Source: Salisapilia sapeloensis CBS 127946
Taxonomy: Eukaryota > Protista > Oomycota
Length of the DNA stretch: 53,676 bases
Reading direction: 5' to 3'
NCBI GenBank assembly: GCA_023334545.1
Contig: JAADVB010000121.1
Location: forward strand, 1-53,676
The notes below the pieces were generated by a model, which searched no databases, was not told the DNA's origin, and saw nothing but the letters and a program-made list of their open reading frames with translations. The position numbers and the translations under genes were made by a program. Below, in pieces: positions 23,704-34,492 of the stretch. The stretch's first letter is position 1; every line of letters begins with the position of its first letter.

Positions 23704-24652
23704 TTATTCTACTTTCTGTCGCTTCGCTGGTGTTGCTGCAACATCACCTTCATCCTCACTTGATGCACCATCACTGAGTGAGTCTTGAGACTCTTGGCCA
23801 TCACTCACGGATTCTCTTGGGGATGTCGATTCCTTTTTTTCTTCCGTTGATAGCATTGGAGGAGCAGGAGCCTTTTCCTCCAGCTCTTCACCTGTAGATG
23901 CTTGGGCAGTTGATTCACTGGCGTACTGGCGAGTTAGCTCTACTGCCTTCCGGTTAAATAACTCCCGATCGTGCTTGAACATGTCCGTCTTGTAGGATGA
24001 AAGTTAGTACTGGATAGTGCTTGGGAGTATTAGGCGCGTACGATGTCCGGCATAAGACCATCGTCTGCATTTGGTTCCGCCATGAGCAAGCGGATGGTCG
24101 TCAGTAGCGTGCTAATGTTCACGGAAGGCATCCACGATCCCTATAATTCCTCATGTATCGGTATAACGCAATCGTATTGAAATCAGAGCATTAAAGGTAA
24201 CCTTTGGTTGCATCTTTAGAGTGTCAAGACAAATTCGGCCTGCATCGTCAATGTTGGGATGGAAGATGGGCGTCACAAACTTCACTTTAGGTGGCTCAAA
24301 TGGGTATCTACAGCAGTCGATGGTCATATGGACGAGACCAAAGGATCCTGTAGCCAATCTACCTTTCTGGGATCTCAATATCAAGTTTAAAGATTCCTTT
24401 CTCATATGGAGAACCATCTGGACCAAGAATCTCTACATTATCGTCTTTAGCATACATGACCAATACAAAACTGAAGACTGGTGTACGAGCTTCGAGTTTG
24501 TCAATCTGCTCTTCTTTCGGCCAAGCACTGACGCCTATACTACGCATGACTAAACTAGAATTAAAATGGCACATAGGTATGGTAAAACCATGAGGTGGAT
24601 CTGTCTCTAGCATCTCCAACTCCTTCCTCATCCTCGCTCGCATGGCACTCAT
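23704..24652 (-). CDS. UBE2T: Ubiquitin-conjugating enzyme E2 T, multi-exon
   Basis: [39 protein letters not shown]|[27 protein letters not shown] (HPN and catalytic Cys), acidic tail ending in the NLS-like PAKRQKVE. Confidence 0.9.
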
Positions 24653-24964
24653 CTTTTCTTGTAGCACTTGATGTCCAAGTGTTCATAACATTGAAATCTC
24701 CTGCTATGCAACTGATGTAACGGATTTGAATATCTGCCAACTTGGACACTTTGGGCGGTAAGAGCAACCAGTCCGAATAGCAATAGGCACGGTTTTGGAT
24801 TTTCCCATCCATTTTCCTATGAATATCCAAGTATCATGGCCATAATGTAAGGAGCTAAGAAATTAGAATACTGTTTGAGGGCAAATTGTCAGTGTGTCTA
24901 AAAGTCAACTCGACAGCGTAACCAAAAGTAAGCAAGAATAGATACAGGCCTTGTTGGCTGAGTA

Positions 24965-25740
24965 GGAAATCGGGTAATATGCAAGGAAATATAATCATCG
25001 TGTGAACAAGCACGCAAAAGGTGTATTTGGAATCAATAGCCACTTCGTTGGCGATTCTTTCTACTTTCAGGTCACTACCTACCTTTCCAGTCCTATCTAC
25101 GTGTATCACCCGTTCCTCTGTCATGCTTTCGTGGAAATAGTACCGTGCATATCGTGGTAGATCATCGGAAGTCATTCAGGTTGAAGTGTCATTCGCTTTA
25201 CTTGCAACACTTAGCTCTTCGCCATTTCAATGGGACGAGTACAGTGTGATTCACAAACATCGACCAACTATTCCATCTGTCACTGTACTATGCTTGTTTC
25301 GAAAGAATAGCGAAGAGCTCACCGAGTCTTTTGCTCGCTTTTTTAAATTTGCACATTTCGAGCACCAGGCGTTACTTGAAGTCTTTTCGAAGATGGCTTC
25401 TTTCTAATTCCATCAATATAGAACGATCACTTGCTATTGTACCCCCAGTTTAGCAGGAAAGTTATATTGAAGTGCTTCGCTAGGTTTCCAATGGCAAGCG
25501 ATAAATCAAATTAGCTATTGTCAAGAAACAGAGATTGCCTATTCCATTTTCATTAATAGAATGGAAACATGCGAAGCCCCAATGTTGTCGAATAGGCATT
25601 AAGCGCGAACATGCTTTAACTATTTTATCAGAGCGGAAGTGTTCCACCCTTCTAATGATGAAAATCTTATCTCAACCTGTTATAGCTAGTTTGCAACAGG
25701 CAGCTTCATCTTTGGAGAGCTGCAGGATGTGGTATAACTA
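24965..25740 (+). repeat. Copy B of the degenerate dispersed repeat (probable pseudogene or mobile-element relic)
   Basis: Long collinear match to 29800-30495, including an exact 61-nt block (25197-25257 = 30015-30075), and to 1-262. Open frames are broken by stops and indels. Ends are approximate. Confidence 0.9.
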
Positions 25741-26292
25741 TGTATCAAGATAAATTTATGCCATGGGTACAAGTCGGCCAAGTAGCTTTAGGGAAACCAT
25801 CATCGATAAACAATGGTACCATTTTGGGTGGAGTCGAAAATACAAACATTCATCCGTTCTCCATGACTATTTTCCAAGCCCTAGCAATAGATAGCAGTTG
25901 CTTGTGAATGCGTAGTAAAATCCATTTACAAGTTAAATTTGATGTGCAATTATGCATTCATAGGCTGATCATCAAGTAACTCTGCTATAAATCGTAAATA
26001 GAGTATCAAACAAAGAATTAGGACGCAGAAGCGTATCACGAGCACAGCTACACAATATCTCTTTAACATTCCATCTTTCTGACTACTTCAATGAGCCTAC
26101 GGGACTACTCGTCAGCATCCGCCCGTGAGACAGTTATAGAATCTTCAGCCGCGCCCAACGTATCTACCAATACGATTTCCTCTTCCTCCTCTTCCATATC
26201 TCTCATCAGTATTCCTTCCATACTCATCGTATTCTCTTTTCCAGACGACATCTACAATTATAAATTAGCAGAAACTTTAACTTGAAATGTGA

Positions 26293-27327
26293 TCATCGTA
26301 CCAGCCAATTCCGTCCATGACCAACTTGCCACGTCCCATCAAACACCTTCCTTCCACTCACGGGATACACAATGGAAGATTCGTAATACGCCAGAGCCTT
26401 TTCATACTGTCGATCCAACTCGAGCTGTCCACCTTCCTTTGCATCTTGATAAGCACTTTCAAACATGACTTGAAAAGTGCGAATGAGAGAGCTTGTCTTG
26501 TCATACTCCTGTATGTTCTTCCGTTCTTGCCGAATGCGTTTCGGAGACCAGCGTTCCGGTAGAATTCCTGGGGCCGCCACTTGCTGACAGATGTACACCG
26601 TCGCTGGCGGAAGGTACATATTCTCCGTGACAAGCCAACCGGCGTGCGGGATTATTTGGTTCGCTTGCTGGATACCTCCATGCTCTGCAAACTGATGCTC
26701 CATTATCTTGACGTGTGAAGTCGCTTGGTGACGACATCCGAAACGCGGACATAACAAGACGTTCTTCATTTTCCTTTTTCTACGACAGATACGACAGACG
26801 GAGCATTTGCATTTCTTCCGCCTTGTCGGATCATTCCAAATCGTCTCATATGCTTTTTCAACCATGACATTCGTACTAGACGATTTTTGTAAATGCCAAA
26901 AGAATTTCGTCGGACGATATCTATTCAACTGACGCCAGGGACGAGGTACTCTTTTCTTACGTCGTCGAGTAGACAAGCTTGTATCATTCCGTACCATTTC
27001 TGGGCTATAGCGCTTAGAATATAAAGTCGATCGAGCGAAAAAGAGGCTACTGGCAAGTTTGTAAGCATAATACCGACGAGCAGCTTTACTAGCTTGTAGG
27101 TATCTCCTTTTAGCCGTCTGTATCTTTTTCATAGCGGCACGAGCTACTTTATAAGCGAGGTCGCGCGTATCTGGTGGTATTAATCCAGCTCGAATTAAAA
27201 AATTGCGGATGGCCATCGGATTGTGACCGAGCTGTCTAGCTATATATCCTATTGTACGGTTCTCGTCCCGATACCATACGATGATATGCGCTTTCTCAAG
27301 CTCTGATAGTGCTAGTGTGGCTCCCAT
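26293..27327 (-). CDS. Tc1/Tc3-type HTH + C2H2 zinc-finger protein without a DDE catalytic domain
   Basis: MGATLALSELEKAHIIVWYRDENRTIGYIARQLGHNPMAIRNFL fits the Tc3/IS30-type HTH pattern. C-x4-C-x12-H-x4-H at 26680-26751. Intact ~344-codon ORF. A further 3' exon near 26110-26260 is possible. Confidence 0.65.
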   Translation of the reverse strand: MGATLALSELEKAHIIVWYRDENRTIGYIARQLGHNPMAIRNFLIRAGLIPPDTRDLAYKVARAAMKKIQTAKRRYLQASKAARRYYAYKLASSLFFARSTLYSKRYSPEMVRNDTSLSTRRRKKRVPRPWRQLNRYRPTKFFWHLQKSSSTNVMVEKAYETIWNDPTRRKKCKCSVCRICRRKRKMKNVLLCPRFGCRHQATSHVKIMEHQFAEHGGIQQANQIIPHAGWLVTENMYLPPATVYICQQVAAPGILPERWSPKRIRQERKNIQEYDKTSSLIRTFQVMFESAYQDAKEGGQLELDRQYEKALAYYESSIVYPVSGRKVFDGTWQVGHGRNWLVR

Positions 27328-28326
27328 CCTAGACCTCGGAGAGCACCTTGCCAAACCACCTTTCGTTGTCAGCTAAAGTTACTAGCTTCAAAAGCTAATC
27401 TGCGTTCCTAAATTCTAATTATACGACCGACAACTGTTTTTGATGAGACCTAGCCTTTCGATCGACGTGTTGTGGAAACCTGGCAACCACCACAATTTGC
27501 CCGAGAGCAGAGAGAAATTGCTACTATATCTGCATGCTTATGGCCTCAAGATATTTTCCACACATAAACAAATGACTTTATACCATTACTTGTCAAATAT
27601 AATTGAGATTTAGCTTCACCTTTCAATAGCTTTGATCGTAATCATCGCTCAAATCGATACACTTCTCTGCTTTCGCTGTGCGTAGTCTGCTCGCGTCAAT
27701 CTTGGCTACTATCTCCATTTCGGCTGTTTCCTCGCTCTTTATAGACACGCTTTTACGTTATCAAAAAGGTTTTTTCGGACGTATAGAGTATCTTTCGCGC
27801 TTGTCGAGTACTTTCGATAGACCGCTTCTCCGTGTCTACTTCTATGTGATAGCTATCATCTTTAGTGCTTGTTGTTTTGAGACCAGTAAAACCCTTAAAA
27901 TAGCCTAGGAGTCTGTACAGTTCTTGTGACACATTTGGTAGCTGCTTTCATCGAAGGAAGGTGTTGTCAATTAATACGATATGCTTCAACACGACATGAT
28001 CATTGCTACGTAGTTGCACAATTGGTTCACCGATGATTGCAAAAAGGCGTCTTACGCAGCATATCAACGTGAGATGGGCCATACCCGTGTGCGATTGCAT
28101 CTACTTTATGAGAAACTTTAAATGCTAGCAAAGGATTGGAACATGCGCATGTTCATGTCAGCATGCATGTAATTGTACTCGCAGGAAATACTCAACGTTT
28201 ATGTAAATGCAGCTCCACTTCGATACTATTTTATTGATATGCGCGTTGAGCACAACTCCACAGCTCATCTACACGTTGCACGTGCCATGGACTTTGGTTT
28301 TCAATTCTCTCGAGAGCCTTTGCTAA

Positions 28327-28342
28327 GCGCATTTTCACTTTT
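28327..28342 (+). promoter_or_regulatory. Oomycete INR-FPR core promoter element
   Basis: gcgcattttcactttt matches 15/16 positions of the oomycete consensus GCTCATTYBNNNWTTY and lies 36 nt before the pectin lyase ATG. Confidence 0.6.
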
Positions 28343-28378
28343 GCTCCAACTCTAGCACCCGCCTTCAGTTCGGACAAA

Positions 28379-29557
28379 ATGGTGCAGCTACTCAAGTTTG
28401 CTCTTCCCCTCCTATTCTCCGTATGCGCTTCGGCCTACGACTACGAAATCGGAGAAGCGCCTGGTATGGCTGCCGGTACCACCGGAGGTGCTGGCGGACG
28501 CGAGGTGACGCCAAAGTCCAACGATGAGCTCATCAAGTACCTATCGTCAGACGAAAGCCTCATTGTCATTATTGACCGCAAGTTTGACTTCCGAGGAACG
28601 GAAGGCACAAGCAAGGGTAAAGTCTGCGCCTCTCACTACTCCAAGCAATGTCCGGACCAAGCTCAATACGTCATTATCGATGGAGATATTAGCAATACTG
28701 GAGGTTGCGATGGTGACTACACGAGTAAGGAATATACTTGGGACAATGCCGGTAAGGACGGCCTACACGTCGAAAGCGATAAGACTATTCGCGGTATCGA
28801 AGACAAGGGAGAAATTATTGGCAAGGGGCTTCGTGTCTTTGGCAACAATGTGATCGTCCAGAACGTCTACATTCATGATATCAACCCTCAGTTTGTGTGG
28901 GGAGGTGATGCTATCTCAATTGACGGTCGTGACAACAAGCCTGTTGAAAATCTCTGGATTGACCACGTTAAGCTCAAAAACATTGGTCGTCAAATGTTTG
29001 TGGCTCACTACGGTGGTGCAAAGTCAGCGACAATATCGAACTCTGACTTTGATGGCCAAACCTCTTACTCTGCTTCGTGTGATAACCGTCACTACTGGAC
29101 ATTCCTTATTTACGGCACGGACACAAGCATGAGCATTATTGGCAATTACGTCCACTCTACTTCTGGTCGCTCTCCAAAGGTTAAGGGCGATGATGGTAAT
29201 CCTGCATACGTGCACGTCGCGAACAACTTCTGGCAAGGCAGCTCGCGTGTGTTTGAGCTTGGAGAGGATGCTTATGTCGTGGCGGAGGGAAATTACTTTG
29301 AAAATGACGAATGGCAGGACCAGTCGAAGGCCAACTTCTTCTTTGCTACTCCAGCATCTGAATGCTCTTCACTTGGACGCCAATGCGAGCCTAACGTCCT
29401 TGAGGACACAACTGATGTTGCGAATCATAACGGTGGAAACGCTGTCCAAGGCATCTCGAAATTCGACGGCATGAAGGGATACAAGCCGATTGCCGCGAGA
29501 AGGATTGCCAAGAAGTCCGGATACTTCGGTGTTAACGGTGTGCACCCGTACATATAG
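28379..29557 (+). CDS. Secreted pectin lyase (polysaccharide lyase family 1), intronless
   Basis: Signal peptide MVQLLKFALPLLFSVCASA. GTTGGAGG, SDKTIRG, NVIVQNVYIHDINPQFVWGGDAI, LWIDHV, IGRQ, SCDNRHYW and SGRSPK. The VWGGD + IGRQ combination is typical of fungal-type pectin (not pectate) lyases. Confidence 0.93.
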   Translation: MVQLLKFALPLLFSVCASAYDYEIGEAPGMAAGTTGGAGGREVTPKSNDELIKYLSSDESLIVIIDRKFDFRGTEGTSKGKVCASHYSKQCPDQAQYVIIDGDISNTGGCDGDYTSKEYTWDNAGKDGLHVESDKTIRGIEDKGEIIGKGLRVFGNNVIVQNVYIHDINPQFVWGGDAISIDGRDNKPVENLWIDHVKLKNIGRQMFVAHYGGAKSATISNSDFDGQTSYSASCDNRHYWTFLIYGTDTSMSIIGNYVHSTSGRSPKVKGDDGNPAYVHVANNFWQGSSRVFELGEDAYVVAEGNYFENDEWQDQSKANFFFATPASECSSLGRQCEPNVLEDTTDVANHNGGNAVQGISKFDGMKGYKPIAARRIAKKSGYFGVNGVHPYI

Positions 29558-29799
29558 CTGGAGAATATTCACTTTTCAATTTGCAAGATTGTCTTATAAA
29601 GAACGAACAAAGATATTTTGCAATTATCCAAGATATATTTGTGAATTATCCTAACTTTCGATGGGCTCGTTCGAGGTATTTGAATGACTTCATAGATAAG
29701 CAGCTATTTGATCGTCGCTCTGGAAACGAACAGGTGGGACCTTAAGCAGTAAATCGAATGAGTCAGATGCACAATGCTTATGTCGTGTTTATTGAGCGC

Positions 29800-30495
29800 A
29801 TAATCGGGTATTATGTATGAAATACTAGGTATTTTAAATGCAATAGGAATCAATAGCCACTTCGTTGGCGATTTTTTCTAATCTCAGGTCACTACCTACC
29901 TTTCCATTGTTATCCACGTGTATCACCCGTTCGTCTGTCATGATATATCGGGGCATAGTGTCGAGTGTATCGTGGTAGACCATCGGAAGTCATTCAGGTT
30001 GAAGTGTCAATCGATTTACTTGCAACACTTAGCTCTTCGCCATTTCAATGGGACGAGTACAGTGTGATTCACAAATGTCCCCAATTATTTAGTTCAATGC
30101 GGTACTACGCCTGTTCCGAAATAACAGCGAAGAGCTCAATAGCGCAAGTAAAGCGAAGAGCTCATCGAGTTTTTCGCGCGCTTTTTCAAATTTGCACATT
30201 TCGAGCACCAGGCGTGACTTGAAGTCTTCTCGATGGTTTCCTCCTGATTGCATCAATGACCAAGATAGAGACAGATCAAGAATAGGAATTCGCATCTCCA
30301 TTGGCAGCACAGAACAGTCGCTTATGCACCCGATATAGTGGAAGAGAGGTATGCTGAAATAATCTGTTAGGTTTCCAATGGCAAGTAACTAACAAAAATT
30401 GGCAATTATCAGCGAAATTGAGATTGCGTGAATCGATCGTCATGAACAAAGCTGCAAAATGAGAAACCTCAGAGCTGCAGAATTGGTATTCAGAG
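29800..30495 (+). repeat. Copy C of the degenerate dispersed repeat (direct repeat of copy B)
   Basis: Collinear with 24965-25740 at an offset of 4818 nt in the core. Carries a local 26-nt duplication-like insertion (agcgaagagctc twice, ~30127-30162), a ~50-nt insertion near 30258-30308 and a deletion near 30450. Confidence 0.9.
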
Positions 30496-31029
30496 CAAAC
30501 ACGCATTCATAGTGTCAATATTAGCAATAATTTTGCAACGATAGGCTTTACAGCGCATTTGCGATCATAGTTCCTATTAAAAAGCTCGCGTAAACGGAAC
30601 GACGTCGGAGATCACTTGACCGTGAATACATTCACTGGTGTGATCATGGTTGGCGTTACTGTGAATAAGTATGAATAAACAACGCGTAGCTTGAGGTAGT
30701 CTGTTTGCTGGTTGAATGCAGTTCAAAAGTTCCCAATAGTGCGTTTGAGGATAGCTGTCAGATCTAGTGGATACGATGGAAACTATTCCGCTGGATGTGC
30801 CATACGGGATTCCACCTTTCAATCATACCCATCAAAGAAAAGCACGAGAAGCAGTTGACAGGTCGTGAACTACACTGCAGAAACGGAAAGGAGAAAACGA
30901 CATGTATTATTGGTTTCGCTAAAAGTGAGAAAGACATAAGGACATAAAGAAATAAAGAATACTACTAATTCTACGGTAATCACGGGTGGCCATTCAGCCA
31001 GAAGCGTTTTGGTGAGCCGGAACCATACT

Positions 31030-32619
31030 CTAGATGGTCGCTTCTTCCGGTTGCTTCGACATCTTCGCACCGATCGGACGCGTGACGTAGCGGGTGCTCA
31101 ATCGAAATGGGTCGCGTATCATGCCAGCCTTCCTGCAGAACCAATGATCTCCGCGTCTTGGACCACGTCCATAGTCGATGGGGAAATCCAGGAAGGGTGT
31201 GTCGTCGGAGGCCGAGTCGAACGTCGTGGCAGGGGACGGCTTGGTCTTGGAAATCTTCATCTTGAATCGGTAGTCTTTGATCGCATTGGACGTCCGCTGG
31301 GCACGATCCGAGGCCTTATGCATCAGTGCTCGCACCTTTCCAACTGCGGTCGATAGCATCTTGTTGTGCTGTCGCTTTTCTCTTCCGACCGCTGCTTTCT
31401 TGCAGTAGTGCTCATCATTCGTGCGGTGTACGATGCCGGTATAAGGCGATGCCGGAGCGGATTCATAGTCAGCTTCGAGGGGAAGCTTCCTATTTATAAG
31501 TGATGGTAATAGAGCGTAGCCATATTTAGCTTCGAGGGGAAGCATGTTATCCGTTGGTGATGCTGCCACATCGTAGTCCAAGTCAGGTTGGACCGGAAGC
31601 TCCTTCCCGGTCAGCGACGTCAGCAGAGCGTAGTCGCTGACGGTTTCGATGCGGAGCTTGTGGTTGCCAAGCATGCTGGTCGGCGCTTTGGCGCTGTCAT
31701 GTTCGGGCAGTGCGTTGCTGTAGGTAGCCCCAGAAGGTTTGGTATTAATGGCGGCGACTTTGCAGTCCATATCGGCGGTATCCTCCGTCAAAGACATGGC
31801 GGAGACGTAGCCACTCAGCTTGTTTCTTTCTCCCAATTTGAGATTGTCAGTCTCAAGGGCGGTGGCTAAGTCGATCTCCGTGTCGTCGATGGGGGAGGAT
31901 GTGGCGTCCATGATGTCACTCAGTGAGGACGCAGCCGAACTTCTGGGGAAAGACTCTTCATCTTCATCTTTCCTCTCGACCACAATGGAGGCGGAAGACG
32001 TTTCACTGTGCGTGCCGTCGGTGGAGTCGGCATCATCCGTCGGAAGATAAGTGGTCACTTCGGCGTCTCCGAGGGTTTTGGAGGTCAAGTTTCCAGAAGC
32101 AATCGGCAGACACTCTTTCGGCTCTTCGATGGCAGTCGCGACGACAGAAGTCTTTCGGGCGACCGGCTCCGTGGTTTCCACATCCGATGGCGCATCAAAC
32201 TCGATCTGGTCATCGGTAACGCAGTCCTTGATCAAGTCCGTGGCGGTAATGGGTTCCATGTCGATGAGTTTGACATTGGCATTATCTTTGTCTTCAGAGA
32301 TGTCGCTTTCACTGGTCGTAGTGGTCGCATACAGGACGATGTGGATGCGTTCTGGTTTCGCGGATGGAGCGGACGGCGACTCACTGCGTCCGGACTTCTT
32401 TTTCTTCTTCCTTCCGTCCTCGACGACGTGGACGTAGTCTGGCTCGAAAGCGCAGTCGATGTGGATGTCCGTTGACTTGGCGTGAGGGATGGTCTTGGTC
32501 CGAGCGGAAGCGCCACGAAGCAAGACTAAGGTGATGGTTAGGCAGTCGTAAGCTGCTTCACGGCCCCTGCCATAGCAGGCCGCAAAGAGGTGCGTGAGGC
32601 GGTGTAGTAGGTCGAACAT
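31030..32619 (-). CDS. Orphan acidic/low-complexity protein with an internal duplication, intronless
   Basis: Long intact ORF (580 codons; first plausible ATG is MFDLLHRL at 32619), Lys-rich GRKKKKK stretch, D/E/S/T-rich middle. No family recognised. Confidence 0.65.
   Translation of the reverse strand: MFDLLHRLTHLFAACYGRGREAAYDCLTITLVLLRGASARTKTIPHAKSTDIHIDCAFEPDYVHVVEDGRKKKKKSGRSESPSAPSAKPERIHIVLYATTTTSESDISEDKDNANVKLIDMEPITATDLIKDCVTDDQIEFDAPSDVETTEPVARKTSVVATAIEEPKECLPIASGNLTSKTLGDAEVTTYLPTDDADSTDGTHSETSSASIVVERKDEDEESFPRSSAASSLSDIMDATSSPIDDTEIDLATALETDNLKLGERNKLSGYVSAMSLTEDTADMDCKVAAINTKPSGATYSNALPEHDSAKAPTSMLGNHKLRIETVSDYALLTSLTGKELPVQPDLDYDVAASPTDNMLPLEAKYGYALLPSLINRKLPLEADYESAPASPYTGIVHRTNDEHYCKKAAVGREKRQHNKMLSTAVGKVRALMHKASDRAQRTSNAIKDYRFKMKISKTKPSPATTFDSASDDTPFLDFPIDYGRGPRRGDHWFCRKAGMIRDPFRLSTRYVTRPIGAKMSKQPEEATI
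31444..31680 (-). repeat. Intragenic degenerate tandem duplication (~37-40 aa units)
   Basis: YALLTSLTGKELPVQPDLDYDVAASP versus YALLPSLINRKLPLEADYESAPASP. Exact 16-mer agcttcgaggggaagc at 31471 and 31528. Confidence 0.8.
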
Positions 32620-33413
32620 GCTGGTGTCAACGGCGACTTGTGCGTTTGGTAGCAGGTTCGGAAATGAGGTTTCTGTGTGTGGGGGGGGCGATATCTGATG
32701 TCTACGATTCTCTTGCCGTGAAGTCAAGAGACGTTCATCCGAGGTCGGGCATGTTGAGGAACGTGCATGCAAGCATCATGCGCATTAAAATTATAAAGGA
32801 GTATAAATTTTATATTGAAATTTGCGTATCCTGTTTGGGTTACTGTTGGGGCTCTAGTAGACGAGTACGACTGCTTCCGTTCATATGACCCTGGAAGATA
32901 CTTTAGCGATTGCGGTTTTTGTCTCTTGTTGGAATTTGTTGTAAGCGACACTTGGCTGCAGCATCCCTTCTCTTTCGACCTCTTTTCTTTTAAAGCGCTT
33001 CGACTATCGGATGGGGCAGCGACAGGCCAAGTACCACTGTTCCCGCTCTCTAAGCCACGAACAGCTCATCAAGTGCACCGACTTCTTAGCCACGTATTGG
33101 AAGTTGCATACCGCCATGTCCGTCATATGAGCATGAAGTTCTTTCTTGCCTACATAATATATTTAACGTAGCTCATGTTGCATGACACGAAAGCAACAAA
33201 GGAAGCAAGTGCAATGCAAATTCAATTAACACATCGCTTTAAGTCTGTTCCCATAAGGGTTACTGTGTCCTGCTATGCCGCCGTCGGATTTGCAGGCACA
33301 GGTTGATACTTTATGAGAAAAGTATATCAGCCGTCTCCGATTGGATAGGAGCAGCTATAGTTCCAGTGTTGAACCACTCCTACTTTGCAGCCACCTGCGT
33401 ATTATCCCAAGCC

Positions 33414-34492
33414 ATGAGCGTCGCGCTGGAACACCTTGGCCTGCTGTGCGCCTTCATCGGAGCGTTCGCGAGTTTATTCCGGATCGCAAATCGATTTTCA
33501 ATCGAATATGTGCCTGCATACCGTAAATTTAGCCGTGCTGACCAAGGTGATTGGTGCTCACGGTATGCAATTCGATGCTATCTCTAACTCCTGTACATGC
33601 TAAACTGTACGTCTATGGCCATAGAATCAACTCTACTATCCATGCTGGCGTCATTGTCTCGGGAATGCTGTATACTCTGCACAAACAGTCTTGGGATGAA
33701 AATATGCTCCCACTCAAGTCCACGACGCTTGCTTCTGCACTTTTCTGCTTCTGTACGTCGCATGTCATACATGTACCATGGCTTTATGAACTAACAAGGG
33801 TATCATCTAGCCGCCGGATACTTTTTATTCGACATCTACATCCTGGTCGGATGGGGCGTACCGCTCTGGCGAGTATTCGTCGTCCACCACATCATCGCCG
33901 TGTACGCTCCTCTATCCCCATTAATCTTCCATCTCTCTTCCTCACTGCCTATTCACCATACAGACTTCCGTATTTGATCTATAACTTTTGTGCCGACTGC
34001 GCCATGGATCTGTACCTCTTGACGCTGTTCCTCCTCGTTGAGGCAGCCGTCATACCACTTAATATCACCGGCTTCTTGGAGCAGCTCGGCTACGGCCAAA
34101 CGCGTATGCACACAGTATGGTTCTACGTCACGTACGTCTCGTGGTTCGCTGCGAGGGTCGTGCTGCCACTATATAACATCTATATTCTATGGAAACACGT
34201 TATCCCAGAGGCAACTACGTCTCCCATGTGCATTGTGCCTGCAGCTGTATGCGGTCATTTAATCGCTGGTTTCTGTATCGGCGTCTTTGCATTCGTGTGG
34301 ACACCTGATGCGATTGCCAAGTGGAGAGCTCCTGTCCAAAAGATGGAGGAATACAGTGATCATAAGCTTATCATGCGGCAGACCATGTCTCCTGTCTCTT
34401 CGTCCATGGTGGCGAATTACAGTACTGCTGAGAACGCAACCTATGGTGCTATTCCTCAATCTGTTGAAGAGTCTGAAGCTTCGTACGCTTAA
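33414..34492 (+). CDS. TLC (TRAM/LAG1/CLN8) domain membrane protein, TMEM56/TLCD-like, 3 introns
   Basis: Spliced model (introns 33563-33624, 33753-33810, 33902-33963) gives R|INSTIHA...SAGYFLFDIY...FVVHHIIAV|LPY...LLVEAAVIPLNI...WFAARV, the TLC pattern. Confidence 0.85.

Noticed and set aside
24855-25405. One minus-strand frame of repeat copy B is open for ~180 codons except for three TGA codons shared with copy C, tempting a TGA=Trp (code 4) origin
   Set aside because: That frame shares third positions with the protein-like plus frame, where NNT-CAN (His/Gln) automatically creates antisense TGA while TAA/TAG need Tyr codons. Nearby genes use TGA as a stop (for example GPN3, paladin-like).
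27600-27920. Protein-like minus-strand fragments (…SIKSEETAEMEIVAKIDASRLR…) between the HTH gene and the pectin lyase
   Set aside because: Interrupted by a stop and a frameshift, and no homology was recognised. At most a decayed relic.
31009-32475. Several long plus-strand ORFs (31009, 31588, 31820, 32008, 32051)
   Set aside because: They are antisense shadows of the GC-rich minus-strand orphan gene, with no independent motifs.
31030-32772. Elevated GC (about 57-58% in hand-counted lines) as evidence of horizontal origin
   Set aside because: Native genes in the window (PSMA3, the FCS-finger gene) show similar values, so GC is not diagnostic.
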